Assembly: GCA_028534125.1 (NCBI GenBank)
Contig: CM052817.1
Span: forward strand, 59,956,001-60,020,000
DNA: 64,000 nucleotides
Direction: 5' to 3'
Source of the DNA: Lama glama
Taxonomy: Eukaryota
The stretch's first letter is position 1, and the number at the start of each line of letters is the position of its first letter. A program made the position numbers and the translations under genes. The notes under the pieces are model-generated. The model did no database searches, was not told the DNA's origin, and saw only the letters and a list, made by a program, of their open reading frames with translations. Shown in pieces: positions 12,560 through 26,247 of the stretch.

Positions 12560-13640
12560 AGTTTGATTTCTTGAATCTATGGATTGGTGTCTTTTTGCTG
12601 TGTCTGAGAATTCACATTTTCATCTGTGCCTCATTCTTGCTCTTTCCAACTTCTAGAACTTGGATTAGATATGTGATTTTGACATACTCACTTGATCATA
12701 CATATCCCTTAACCTCTCTTTTATATTTTTCATCTCTTTGTCTTATAGTATACTCTCACAAACAGATTAGTTATTTATGTATAGTACTCTGCTCTTCAAC
12801 CCATCCATCGAATTATTAATTTCAAATACTGTATTTTTCATTTGTAACAGTTTTGTTTGATTCTTTTTTTATATCTGAGTGTGTTTAATTATATTATCAA
12901 ACCTTTCTTTTATTTCTTAAAATATAAATATATGTTTTCTATTTTGTTTCTCATAATTTTAATTTCTGAATTTTTCATATCATTACTCCTGTCTTTGTTT
13001 CCGCTAGCTTTCACTCATGGTGCCTTATTTTCATGTTTTTTATGACTTAAAAAAAAAAACAAAACCTTAGCTGCTTATTTTTTTTCCTATGAAAATTCCT
13101 TTATACCTGAAGTATAAATTAAGAAAAAATTTGCTTTGCTTTTTGTCAGCTATATGGAAGCTCTGATGAAAACTGACCTTTTAAAATTAAATTCTTAACA
13201 TGACATTTTTTTCTGGAACCCAGAGAGTAGGGAACCTAGATTCTTCTTTGTGAGTTCTGGCTAATGATTTTGAATTCTCAGGAAAATTTTTCTTTTCCTC
13301 TGCTTTGAGCCAGTGTTACAGAAAGAAGGATGATAAATATATTTCTAGTTCACCTGTATACTGAAGATGCAAATTTTTGGTGTCCCAGGATTAAGGGTCC
13401 ATAAGAACCGACACTCAAGTTTACTGGCTTAGCAGATGTCTCTAAGGCAAAAGCCACCTTCATATTTCCATGTACGTCTGTGATCCTTTCTTTCAGTCCC
13501 TAGCCTTGGTGTTGCTTACTTTCTTGCCTATTCATGTATATAATCGAGATTTAAGAAATATGTATTTTATCCAATATTTAGTATATATTTTAAGCAGGAC
13601 ATTCTATCTGGACATCTAATCTGCCCTGTTGCAATAAATG
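12560..13640 (-). mobile_element. Ancient HAL1/L1M ORF1 and 5' region
   Basis: T-rich strand resembling the reverse complement of L1/HAL1 ORF1 (ttaacctctcttttatattttcatctctttg; ttcaaatactgtatttttcattt) followed by HAL1-like 5' sequence. Confidence 0.55.
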
Positions 13641-14319
13641 AAAATTTAAGTGGATTGTTTAGTGACTGAGGAAACATGAGATAGAAGAATCGAGGACATT
13701 GAACTTCCATAGACCTTTAAAACCCTGATCACTTAGCATATTTGCTGTTGCTTTGGAGGGAAATCAGCCTTGGCATCTGGCTTCTAGCTGAAACACAGGC
13801 TTTTATTCTAATATTAGTAGAGGACTTGTTTAATGATGCTAGTTCAGATTATTTTCTTTCCTAGCATATGTTACAGTTGTTTCCAAGTTTACCAAGAATC
13901 TATGTTTTTAAAAGAGACCAGTATCTGGGAATATCATGATACTAAATTCCAGCTAAGGTAATGTGGGGAATAGGGGTTGTTAGAAACACGTAAGTGCAAA
14001 TTGGAAATTTAGAAAGCTCACAATAGGCATTAATGCTTTTCATCTGAGATGAGTTTCAGAGCTTTTAGGTCAAAATTCTCAAAAGTTTTGTTTTTTATTA
14101 TGATCTCTTGACATGTACAGCTAACATAATATTTTGTTGTAATGCTTAGTGTCACATCATTTTTAGATTCGTTGCAGCTTGACTGTTTACAAATTTATTT
14201 TCCATTTGGTGAAACTTTATAAAATAGATAGTTGGTTTGTTTAAAGTAAATCTTTAAAATGTAACCTGGGACACATGCTGTTGCTCACATTTTAGCATTT
14301 ACCAGGCCAACTCAGTGTG

Positions 14320-14510
14320 GAAGCTTGAGTCAGAGAACAGCTGAAACAGGAAACCTGGATTTGATTACTGTTTCACTGCATACTTGTCTTGTAACTGGGA
14401 ATTTACTGTACCATTTGCACTTCATTTCCATTATTTGTAAAGTGGTACTAATACTAGTAATAAGGAATAAAATAATGAGTTATGTAAAGCAGTTAACAGT
14501 AGTTAGCTGT
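14320..14510 (+). mobile_element. MIR SINE
   Basis: Degenerate core acctggatttga..cttcatttccattatttgtaaagtgg..atgtaaagcagttaacagtag. Confidence 0.65.
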
Positions 14511-15409
14511 TCTTCCAACACCGTTGATATTTTAATTAACTGAGTTCTCTGTGAATAGCAAGGGTCTTATAGATGATAAACAAATTCAAGAGCATTAAGG
14601 AAAACAATTACATAGTGCTCATAAATAGGGAAATAAGATTAAAGGAGAATAAAAATTGCTTGAAATTTGCAATGCAATGATAAACAGATAGGACTCATAA
14701 AACAAATAAAATATATAATATCCAATGAAATTAAGAATCTGTCTGAAAGGGAGATTCGTTACTCTTAAACTATCTTTTTGGTCTCAGAGAAGTTTAATAT
14801 CTGCATTTGAAACATCCTTAACAAATAGCAAATCTTTAACATTTTATATTACAATTTTAGTTTTATTTGTTTAGTTTTCTTATAAATAAAATATTTATTA
14901 CAAAATACTTTTCTGATTTCCGAATATTTCTTTATCATTAGATTTAAGATCATCATAAGCAAATTTTGCAGTCATATTTGATAACTATGCATAATTTATT
15001 CCAATTTCCCAGGCCAGCTAACTTTTTATGGCTCCAGTAATAGTATTTTATGATTATATTTTCAATTTGTAAACCAGACAGTAATGAAACTCTTCCCTCT
15101 TAATTTTCTAGGCATCACTTAATTTTAGAATGTGTCAATAACTAGTGCTCTCTAGAGAGATTTTATGTGCTTTAACAGTGGAACTTATTTTTACTTCCAC
15201 TGCCTAACCAAAATAAGCATTTCTAGAATATGAATTAGGCTATTACTACTTTTCAGATAATATATTTAAGATTTTTTTCTAGTTTGTATAAAAACAAATA
15301 AAGATTAATGGAGTTGACTTATTATCTCTGTTTTCTTGCTTAGGGTACTTCCATTGCTTTTCCATAGGATATTGAAATAGTGCAACAGAAATGCGATAAA
15401 CCTGAAACT

Positions 15410-15630
15410 CATAGAGATATAGATTCTGGTTGTGTTCTGCCACCGTAACCAGAGATTTATAGAGATTTTGAGTGAGCAATTTGGTATCTGTGAATCTCTG
15501 TTTTCGCCTACACAGCATGAAGATAATCACATAGAGTTCTGATAACAACTATCACACAAAGATGTTATAAAATGAAATTATATGTTAAAATACCCAGAAG
15601 AGTGTCTGATAAGTAATAGTTTTTATAATA
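15410..15630 (+). mobile_element. MIR SINE
   Basis: tctgtgaatctctgttttcgcct..gataat..gagtgtctgataagtaatag resembles the MIR core and 3' part. Confidence 0.6.
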
Positions 15631-16630
15631 ATAATTACATGTGCTTCAATTTGGCAGTTCATAGTCATTAAAATACATGCATGTGTGTGTATATGAAAAA
15701 TCAGACCTTTTTAAATTTTATGGCTCCTAACACAAACACTTCTGCTGACACAGCATACAAAACACATTTAGACACATTTGTTCTAATATCTGCCAGTGGT
15801 ATATGAAATACAGAATATACATGTATTTAACTGCATTAATTGTATCTAAACCTTAAGTAATACTAGCTTTTTATAGAATATTTTCCTTTTAATCAGGTTT
15901 TACTCTAAGTGTGCTATCAGAACACTAGGTCTCATACTCTGTATAGAGAATAAAGGAGGTACCTCACCAAAAAAAGAAGTGTTGCATATAGTATGAAACC
16001 ATATAAGAGTCAAAGTTTCTTGTAAAATACCCTAAAAGTTCCAGTTTAAAAAACCTTTTAATGTTTTCTTCAAACACAAGACTAGCAAGATTTTTCAAAT
16101 TGAGCCATTTTTTCAGATGTATTTAACATTCTGCTGAAGGAATGGTCTACTGAATGAATTGTGTGATATGGTGCTGTTCAGTTGCATGAAAAAGTAATGT
16201 TAACCCATAGATCAAACTGATAAGTGACACTAGAGATCCATTTTGGAAAAAATGATGTAGAGGCCAAAGCCCCAAATATGCCTAAAGTGAAGAGATCTCT
16301 GCTTGGATTATAGAATGTAATAAAATATTGTCTGATATTTAGGTAATTAAAATTTTCAGGGAAGGATCTCATAATGACAGCTAAAAATAAAACATGGGAA
16401 GTCAAAGAGTGAAGCACAACAAGAATCATATGGAGAATAAAAAAGTTAGGATTTAACTGATAAATCTCTTACTAATCTCCTTTTATCTAAAGGAGGGAAC
16501 TAGACAATGCGGCCTCTATCAGATTCTTTCAAGTACTTACACTTAACAATTCTGATATAAGAGATGAGAATGAAAGGTATCCCCCCCCCAGTATTTACAT
16601 ATTACATGGTACTTCTTCTATTTTTAAGTC

Positions 16631-16703
16631 ACTGTAATAAATGCTATTAAATTTGACTGTAATAAATGCTATTAAATTTGACTGTAATAAATGCTATTAA
16701 ATT
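16631..16703. repeat. Perfect 25-bp tandem repeat, ~2.9 copies
   Basis: ACTGTAATAAATGCTATTAAATTTG at 16631 and 16656, plus its first 23 bp at 16681. Confidence 0.97.
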
Positions 16704-16737
16704 ATATCCATTTTTAAAATAGAGTGTATGTACATAG

Positions 16738-16837
16738 AGAGGAAGGAAGGAAGAAAGGAAGGAAAGAAGGAGAAATGGAAGGAAGGGAGGAGGGAAGAAA
16801 AGGAGGAAAAGAAGGAAGGAAGGAAGGAAGGAAGGAA
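16738..16837. repeat. (GGAA)n-like purine microsatellite
   Basis: Direct reading. Confidence 0.95.
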
Positions 16838-17749
16838 CAAAAAAACTCATCCAAAATTTTGTAACTAGAAAATTTTCCCGAGTACTAATTTTATGTGCCT
16901 TCTTCTATTCTACATTTATTCCCATCAGTTTCTTTGGTGAATCAGAGACTTGAGGATGTGCCTGGTATATTGGAGAGGAACAAACTAACACTCTTAATTT
17001 CAATATTTCCTTTTTTCTTTATAAGTGTCATATGTATAACATATATATAGACCATGTAAGATGAAATTTTTCTTATAATAAAAGGAATATGAAATTATTT
17101 TATCATCAAATTGAAAAACATCTTTGTGTAACTAATATATGGCTTGATTTCAAGATATTTCAAATTGTATGATAATTGAACAAAATTAAGGTCTTCATTT
17201 GATGAAATATTTGATCTAATGAGAAACAGTGTATTTTTCTCAAAATTCATATAATATGATTATTAATGAATTCCTGTATATACTTGCTTAAGAAAAATCA
17301 GGTACTGTGGTGTTTATAGTAGTTACAGTGTTGGGCATAATTTGATACCTGTGATGTGCCCACACACCTACCCATCCACATAAATTTATTTAACTCACTA
17401 GCTTACAAATATATTAAGAAATATACTTTACATTGCAAGCAGTTATTGTGAGAGCCAGAAATCTAGACCTAGATCTTGGTTGATATTTTTCCACTATAAA
17501 ATAATAATAGAATATAGTATGTTGCTTCTGTATGAAGGTAGTATTGGCATTTAGAGTAAATTGCAGAGATGTTTGATATTAAACAGTGTTAACTTCACTG
17601 GAAAGAGATTTAACTTTTTAAGTTCTATAACCATGATTTAAATGTATACGTGTATACACATGTAAACAAATAAATAGTGTAGTTTACCAAAGTATGGTTC
17701 TAATGGAAATAAAGAATATACATAAACATGTGTTTATTAATTATATCTA

Positions 17750-17752
17750 TAT

Positions 17753-17783
<31 letters not shown>
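17750..17783. repeat. (TA)n(CA)n microsatellite
   Basis: Direct reading. Confidence 0.9.
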
Positions 17784-18499
17784 TACCATTTACATTAATT
17801 TTCCTAATTGATATGAATTTCCTTCTCCAAAGTAATAAATAAATTGAATCTCACAAAAATAATCAATATGAAATATTTGGAACAAAACCTTAAAGCTCTG
17901 CAAGACATTGCTTCTGGATTATGAAGCAAATAGAAGTTGTGAAGCAGAAGCTTTCATTTTTATTCTGCTCTTATATTTGCCAGCTTTTGGTGTTATAGAT
18001 ATTAACTTTTATAGATGTCATATATTTTTATGGTAATCATTCAGCTTTCTGTTTGGTGAGGAACTAGACTCCTGTTTCTTGAACAAATGCATGACCAAAT
18101 TACCACATGTCTTCAGTATCTTTAAAGGAATTTTTTCCTGTTTAACAATTTATGATTGATTTTTTGGAGATCAAAAAGACTTCAGATGCTTATTTCTGCT
18201 AGAAAAAAATAACATGTTCACATTTTTTGCAAGGTTATCCATAAGGTAATATAATACCATTTCTCTACTTCAGAAAACCCCATTCAAATTTATCAGAACA
18301 GAAATGATTAGTTCTGTGTCCATATAAATCAAACACAATAGGATGTTTATGATTCATGTGCAATAGATATTTTGCATGATTATTTTTATCTCTTTTGCTT
18401 TCCTCATTATAGAATAACTTTCATCCAGATGTTTCAGTGAGTTTCTTTACTTTTTATTAAGGAAATTTAAAATTATATGTTTATGTAAACATTTGAGTA

Positions 18500-20110
18500 T
18501 ATATCTCTGAAAGATTGAATTTTCTGTTAAAAATGTAATTACAATAATTATAATAGCATCACAATAAAGAATATTTTCCTAATGTAATTAAACATTTAGT
18601 CAGTATTTAAACTTCTAATTTTGCCATAAGTGCTATATTGTTTTTATAAGTAACTTAAATGTAAATTTTAAGCATTTGTTTGAATAAAATTCACATAGTA
18701 TCTCCATAAAGTAATCAGATGGGACATATCATATACCTGTTTTAATTTTTAAATTAAAATCTCTCCTTTTTCTGTTGGATGTATTTACTGGTGGAACTGA
18801 ATTGTTTTTCCTGCAGAGTTTCATACAGTATCATTCTGATTATATAACTGTGGTGATGTTTATCTTGTTCCCCTGTTTTCTGTATTACCTGTATATTGGT
18901 GGTTAGGTCCATCAAATGAAAGGTGGTCAGATTTAGGTTGTTTCCTTGTTATTTGAAAAGATTATTTCATAAAAATAATTGGTTCCCTTGTGTCTTTTGA
19001 TTTTTCTTTATAGTAGTTTATTGATGTATACTCAACAGATTTTATACAAATATTGTTTATAGCTTGATGAATTATGATAAATCTATATACCCAAGTAATA
19101 TGAAGAACAGAATATACATGTGTAGTACTCCAGAAAGTCTCCTTGTGCCCCTTTCCACTAAATCTTCTCACTCCCTCATTCTCTCACACACAGGCAAATA
19201 CTAATCTTATTTTTTTATCATCACAGATTATTTTGGTATGTTCTTGTACTTAGCATGTGTTATTTTGCATCTGGTTTCTTTCATTCATCATGTTTTTGAG
19301 ATGTGTCCATGTTTTTAAGTATATCAGTAGCATGTTTCTTTTTATGGCTGAGTGGTATTTCATTATAGGAATAGATCACAGGATGTTTTTCCTATCCTCT
19401 GTTGATGGACATTTATGTTATTTCTAGTTTGAGGCTATTATGAATAAAGCTCCATGAACATCTTTGGAAAAGTCCTCGTGGAAAAAGTGCATTCATTTCT
19501 CTTGAAGTTGAGTACCCTAGGAGTAGAATTGCTGGATCAGAGGGTAGAAACTGCAAAAGAGTTTTCTGTAGTGGCTGTGCTCTTAACTCCCACCAGCTTT
19601 GTATGAGAGGTTAAGGTGTACCACATCCCTAACATAACTTGTTACTGTCAGTCTTTTTAACAGTAGCATTTCAATGAGTGTGGTATCTCATTGAAGTTTT
19701 AATCTGCAATTCACCCATAGCTAAATAATACTGGACCTTTTAAATATGATACCTGACAATCAGATATTTGCTGTTATAAAGTGCCTTTACAAATCTTTAG
19801 CCAAAAATATTTTAAAAATTAGATTATTTTCTTTTTCTTTATTGATTTATAGGTGTTTTCAAAAATATATTCTGGAAGTGTTTCCTTTTTCTGTTGTTGT
19901 ATTGTTGAATATTTCACATTTTTAATAAGTCTTTAGTGGGAAGTAGTTTTAAATTCTGATAATTTGAAGTTAATCTTTTTTCTTCTAAAATTATTACCAT
20001 TTGTGTCCTGTCTAATAAATATTTGCCTCTTCTGACATCATGAATATATTTATGTTTTCTTCTGGAAATATAATAATTTTAGTTTTTATAACCTTAGCTT
20101 TTAGATTTAC
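18500..20110 (-). mobile_element. Old L1 (L1MC/L1ME-type) 3' UTR and ORF2-end fragments
   Basis: 19010-20110 contains typical antisense L1 text (tttatggctgagtggtattt..ctgttgatggacattt..ctaggagtagaattgctggatcagagggtag); 18500-18960 resembles an older L1M 3' UTR. Confidence 0.8.
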
Positions 20111-20124
20111 ATATATAACCCATT

Positions 20125-20800
20125 TTATTAGTCATTGTGTTCTCCCAAGAAACAGAAGCAGAAATATGTATGTATATAGGTAGTCATAGGTATAGATATA
20201 TATTGATATGTATCAGTAAGATATATGTGAATCATATATATCTATGAATAGGATATATATAAATCCTATATATCATGTCTATAGCATGATACATAAATTG
20301 ATATGTATCTGTGGTATATTATAGATGTATATCATAGATATATGTATCTCTCTCTTTTATGTATCTATATGTGAAAAGATTTATGATTTATTGTAAGGAA
20401 TTGGCTCACATGATTATGGAGACAGAGAAGTTCCAGGATCTGTTGGAGACCTAGGACAACTGGTATTGTAGTTCCTGTCCAAGTTTGAAGGCATGAGAAT
20501 CAGGAGAACTGATTGTGTAAGTTCATGCCAAGTCATTAGACCTTATGACTGGAGAATCTGTGGTGAAGAAGTCTCTATCTGAGGGCAAAAGAAAGATATT
20601 CCAGTTTAAACATTCAGAGAATGTAAATTCTCCATTCCTCTACCTTTTCGTTCAATTAGGCCTTCAAGGGATCAATGATGCCTGCCCATTTTGGGGAAGG
20701 CAGTCTGCTGTACTTAGTTTACCAATTCAAATTCTATCTCACCCAGAAATTCCTTCACAGAAATACATAGAAATAATGTTTAACAGGAGAATCTGAGTGA
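20125..20800 (-). mobile_element. MLT2-type (ERVL) LTR with an expanded TA-rich tract
   Basis: gttctcccaagaaacagaa..TA-rich..gatttattgtaaggaattggctcacatgattatggag..gaaataatgtttaac match MLT2 hallmarks. Confidence 0.85.
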
Positions 20801-21149
20801 AATAGTCTTAATGCTTTACCTTGGAGAGATGCATGACAAAGAACAGTTTATTTTGAAATTTTTTGCTCTGATATTTTTTTGCAGCCCCAGTTTTTATTAT
20901 CTGCCTCATTTTCATGTCTGTGATTTTGCAAAGCTGTCTATTGGTTTCATTAACCAAATACCTAGCTAGATAAACAAAGCCCAGCGGGAATGGAAAGAAC
21001 TTATTTAACGACCAGCAGTAGTTGTTCTATTACCCAGTAAGTCTCCAGTACTTTATCAAAGAAAAAGAATTGTTATTTGGTATATGTGAAGAATCTATTT
21101 ACAAAAGTATTATTTCTGTTCCCCTCAGAGTCCATGGTACAGTCTGGTG

Positions 21150-21180
<31 letters not shown>

Positions 21181-21354
21181 GTTTTGCCTTTACAAACTGT
21201 TTGCTGATTTGGCAAAGAAAATTGCCTCAATATGAATGAATAAGTATTAGTTCGTTACCTGTGCTTAATTAATACAAATAAAACTGATGAACCCAATGTC
21301 GAATGTGCTGTTGAAAGCTTTCTATTTTATAAGCACCCCTCAGCATTTATGATT

Positions 21355-21720
21355 TATTAAATATTTTATTCAGCAAACATTGAGTACTGTGTATTGGTCT
21401 GAGACTTTGCTAAGTGCTGTAGATCCAAAAATGTCTTAGAGAGTGCACTATCAAGAAAACAGATGGCTAAATAAATAGTTCAATGATAGGTATATTAAGA
21501 AAGGTTATGGGAAATTGAAGTCCAGGCAGATTAGTTTGGCTGGAGCAGGAAGACCCATGGAGAATAATGAATAATGAATTCGAAGAGATCAAGGGAATGG
21601 CAGAAGTTAGAAAAGTTTTTAGATTTCATGCCATGATTTAACATTACACTTACTGGATATGGATTGAAGGAGCAGAAAGAGAGGTCTCTTTATGACGTTT
21701 CATGTCTGTAGTTTGAACTT
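21355..21720 (-). mobile_element. L2 3' fragment
   Basis: ttattcagcaaacattgagtact..tgctaagtgctgtagat resembles the L2 3' end in reverse. Confidence 0.55.
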
Positions 21721-24700
21721 GGCTGTTTGGTATGGTAGACCTATCCTGTACTTTAATTATAGTTATATAATAATTGCTAAGTGACTTCAGATAATAGAGT
21801 TCTGAGTCCTGGCAAGAATCAAGTTTTAGTCATGAGATAGGAATGATACTGCAATTATCTGTGATGATTCCATGGATCTGTAAGGTAGTGTATTTTTTGT
21901 TTATTTTAGTTTTTTAAATAAGTGGTACATAAAATATTGAATATTTTCTTCTACGAGTTCCCACTATTATCTTCTACATGGAAGTTGCTCTATGTGACAG
22001 AGTCCTCAGTGGCTGCAAATTACATTAGGCAGTAATAACAAATACACATAAATGAAATTGTGGGTGCATTAAAACTATTTTGATAGTTTTAATGGGGTCA
22101 GTGTTGATTTCAAAAGAGCAATGTGATATAAGATATCTGTGTGTGGAAGATAAAATGCTGATTTCCTTTAGGGCCTTGGGGAAATTTTGGCAGCTTCCAC
22201 TTTAAAGAGAGAGTCAATAAGGGGATGATAATTTGATATTATCTAGTATCCTTGCTTCCTCATAATTAATTCCAGTTTCAGTTAAGGTTAAAATTAGAAA
22301 TTATTTCAGTTATGAAGGAGATAAGATTGTTGGTGTAACTGCTGGTTTTAATGGAACAGAAGTTCCAAGGGTCCCAGAGAAAGAGGTAGCAGGAAAAGTA
22401 TCAGTGACAGTAGAATTGCTGAGAGAATGAAGTGCTGATGTGGGAGTCTAGGAAAGGACATATTATGGAGGTGAGTGTGGACTCAACATAAGGAGGTGGA
22501 CATTTGTGGCAAGAAGCAGAGACCTGGAGATGTGACCCCAATGTATGAATTGCCCAGCTACTTCTGCACTTAAGACTATAAGGTAAATGATCCAGAAATA
22601 CAAACCTCCCTTTTAAGACAATTATATATGCTGTCAAAATGTAAACACAATAACTACCTAACTACAAGCTCTCAATGCTCAATGATTAAGTAAATATAAT
22701 CATTTACTTAAGCACTTTTTTCTTGAACTGAAAAAGTTTTAGATGCACATACACATAAAGTCACATATTTTTATCCTGAATTACTACAAATGAATATATC
22801 ACAAATTATGCTAGACTTCTCAATCACTGGTTTCCACTTGTATTCTTTGGCTGGTTGTACCCCGTATACTTGGGCATATTCACTTTAAGTCCCATGAAAA
22901 ATAGTATATTTTATTGTTATATTAAAGTATATTCTACTTTTTTATCAAATGTATTAGGTTAATCTGAAATTTGAATTTAAACTTCCATTTATTTTAATGA
23001 GAATCTATTATATATGCTGTAATTTCTGGATACCCAATAACTCTAAAACAACATTGAGCCAGTAGATTCAGTAGGAGTGACATTGTCACTTTTTTGGACA
23101 GGTCTCTATGGGTTTATGTCCAAAAATATAGATTCACTTTGTGATATATTTGTGATATCTATGTGATAATATTCCTATTCATTTATTGGGTACTAGGATG
23201 GTTAATAGCTCTTCTTTAGATTAGGTATGTCATAAAGAGAATTCTCATATGCTGTTACACAAACCAATTTCACTAAGTTTTCTTTTCCTGTTACTGGGTT
23301 GGAATGATTAGGAAGGATTTTATTGTCATGGTAGGGGGAATGAAGTTGTTAGCATGTACTGTTTTCAGGTATTGTTAGTAATTTTGTGAGTTAGTTATAA
23401 CTTATTTACACTTGGAAGAAGTATATGGAGAACAATGAATAGCAGCTTCTCAACAATTTGAAACACTATCTGGTAGTGACATTAAAAACACTCTAGTTTC
23501 TCCTTGATTTTTTTGGTACCATGCAGCTCTGTTCTAACAAATTACAATCTCATGTGGATGAAAAAATAAAAGTGGATTTGCTTTTAAAGCACATGGGGTA
23601 TGAATTTAATGCTAAAGTTATGTAAGAAATAAAATTATATGCTATGAAAGTAAAATAATATGGCATTTCAAAGCTTTCATATCAAAAATAAATATCATTG
23701 CCATTGAAGTCACTACCTTGGAAGTAGTTTTGATTTAGTTATTGCCATTTGCATGCTTTTTAAAAGCAACAATTGATAGTAACATTGATATCCCCTTTTT
23801 AAAGGAGAGAGAAATGAGGGAAGGGAATATTGGGGAAGGATGTTATATAAGAAACTCATTGGTTGCTTAAATAGAGCTTCATGTATTAGCAATTGCATTA
23901 CTTTGGTGGGGAATCAAAGCAAACTGGTTTTCAGCTTTACAGTTACGGAATTTAGAATACTTCAAAAAGAATAATGAATACTCAAAAATATTTTCATTTA
24001 AGTGGACTAACTCACATTAATAATCTTGGAAGAGATTACTTTATAAATAAAAATTCTAATCCATTATTCCCATGTAGTTATTCCATCACCTGAATGTTTC
24101 TTTCCTGATTAGTACTTAAGAAAACTAAATAACCAATGACAAAGCATTTAGGGACAATGGGGAAAAAAGATTATCTGAAAGGATAATACCTTGAGGTTGA
24201 GGTTTGAAAGAATAAATCCATTTCTGTCCTACAGCCATGCTCTCCAGTACACAAAGTACTTAGTGTACAGAGCCATTAACGCTCCTGGAAAATACTTGCT
24301 AGTACTTGTCAAATTCTCATCCTTTATATCTGTTTCTGTAATCAGCATATAGGTAGACCATTTTTCTTCAGTTAGCACATTCTTTCTTCGTAGAAGGTGC
24401 AACAAAATTTATTAAGTTCACTTTCTTGCTTGTAAACAGATTCTTAACACTGACACTGGCATTAGACTGTTACCTTGGTTGAACCTCTTCTGTGTTCTCA
24501 AATTTTGTAACAGCATATTTGCATGAAAACTTGTGGGTTATTCTTCTAGATGATGGAGAATAGCCATGAAGAGATTAGCCTTCCTACTTTCATGCTGAAA
24601 ATTCTAAAAGTTTCTTAGTGTGAAAACGATGTATGCAGTACTTATGTTCTGCAGTATGTCGTACATAAAAGTTTCTTATGCTAATCATAATAGTATATGT

Positions 24701-25194
24701 GAAAGAAAAGACCAAAGTTGGGTGTAAAACAAACTTAAGAAAAAATCAATTTTATTAAGGAAGAAATGCTATCAAACAGTAATTACCTATTATAGGAGGA
24801 TCTAAAGAACAGAAACAGATTCTTCAAATTGCTTTACCTGACATGTTAAGAAAATAGAAGGGCTGTTCCAGTTGAAAAATTAGCCAGAATGGAGACTCAG
24901 AATGTTTATTTTTACTTTGGTTTATGTAAACAAACAAGAAGGAGTACAAAGATAAATAATATATGAATAAGTGAACACAGCTTTTCCATACCTCTTTGGT
25001 TCCTCACAGAGAGTGAGCCTAAATTTGGTTTTCAGTGCAGCTATTAGATAAGCCTCCCAAGTTTGATACTATTAGAACAGAGAAGGATCCATATCCTCGC
25101 TTAACCACCCGTTAGTTTATAAGTTGGTTTCTTTGCCATAGACACCAGCTGATTTATTCTGTTTCTCCCATCAACATTATCTATAAACCATCTT

Positions 25195-25198
<4 letters not shown>

Positions 25199-25235
<37 letters not shown>
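25199..25235. repeat. (TG)18 microsatellite
   Basis: Direct reading. Confidence 0.98.
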
Positions 25236-25240
<5 letters not shown>

Positions 25241-26121
25241 TAAATGTATTTTCCTTGCATGTACCTAATAAGCCTCTTTGTCTCTTTAAGAAAAGTGTGA
25301 CTTTCTTCTATTTAATTAGATTTAAGGGGGAATATATGCTACATAAAACAAAGGATGATTCCACTGTTGTGAAATACTCTCTTCACTAGGACAAACCTAT
25401 GCTTTAAAAGTAGTCATTTTACTATTAGAAATTATAGCTATTATTGAGGCCATTTTGGCTAATCTTTTCAGAGGTTACTAAGTATTTTAATTTGTAACTT
25501 TTGAGATAATAATATTTCTATTTTAACTATTGTATGAGATTGTCAAATGAATGAATCTTTGAAATAGCTGTGGGCAGACTGTATATCATTATCAGCCAAC
25601 ATGACGGTATGGAGGCGTTACTCACGTTACTAACAACACAAGCAGAAAAGGAGAATGGAGCAGTGTTTTGTTTAACCATTGTTTCTGTTTCTTTGATGAT
25701 GATGTTTGAAATGTGATTGAAGTTATAACAAATTATAACTGTCTTAAAATCGCTCTGCTTAAACATTTCAGTGGACATGCAGAAAAACTTATAGCTAATA
25801 AATTCCCTACATTTTCTAATTCCACCTTAGTGCCAATAAGTTATCTACTTTTATACATGAAAGTATTTTCTTTAAATGCAACTAATTTACCTTAAGTTTC
25901 AGTTCAGAGTGATTCCTGTTAACGTAATTCTCGATGTGGAGTTTATGATGACAATGAGTAAGTGTCTGATTTCTTCATGAACAATTAATTATTGGTGGTG
26001 ACATAAACTACATAAATATCCTGAAATGGGAGGAGAAATTTTTTTTCAAGTTTAACACTCATGTATATTGTCCCTTCAACTTCCAAATCAAGCTTTCTTA
26101 ATTAACCAGATTTGGAATTGT

Positions 26122-26247
26122 GTTTGTTTTTTGGGGGGGAGGTAATTATATTTATTTATTTAATTTTTAGTGGAGGTACTGAGGATTGAACTTAGGACCT
26201 TGCACATGCTAAGCAGGCACTCTACCACTGAGTTATACCAAACCCCC
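26122..26247 (-). mobile_element. Camelid tRNA-derived SINE (vic-1 type)
   Basis: ggggggaggtaatt..tttatttatt..ggaggtactgaggattgaacttaggaccttgcacatgctaagcaggcactctaccactgagttatacc; the reverse strand has tRNA-like A box (TATAACTCAGTGGTAGAG) and B box (AGTTCAATCC). Confidence 0.88.

Noticed and set aside
16631..16703. Direct repeats as a CRISPR-like array
   Set aside because: The units are contiguous with no spacers and the DNA is mammalian; this is a minisatellite.
25945..25969. Box C (ATGATGA) and box D (CTGA) pair suggesting a snoRNA
   Set aside because: Only ~25 nt end to end, far too short, and no terminal stem.
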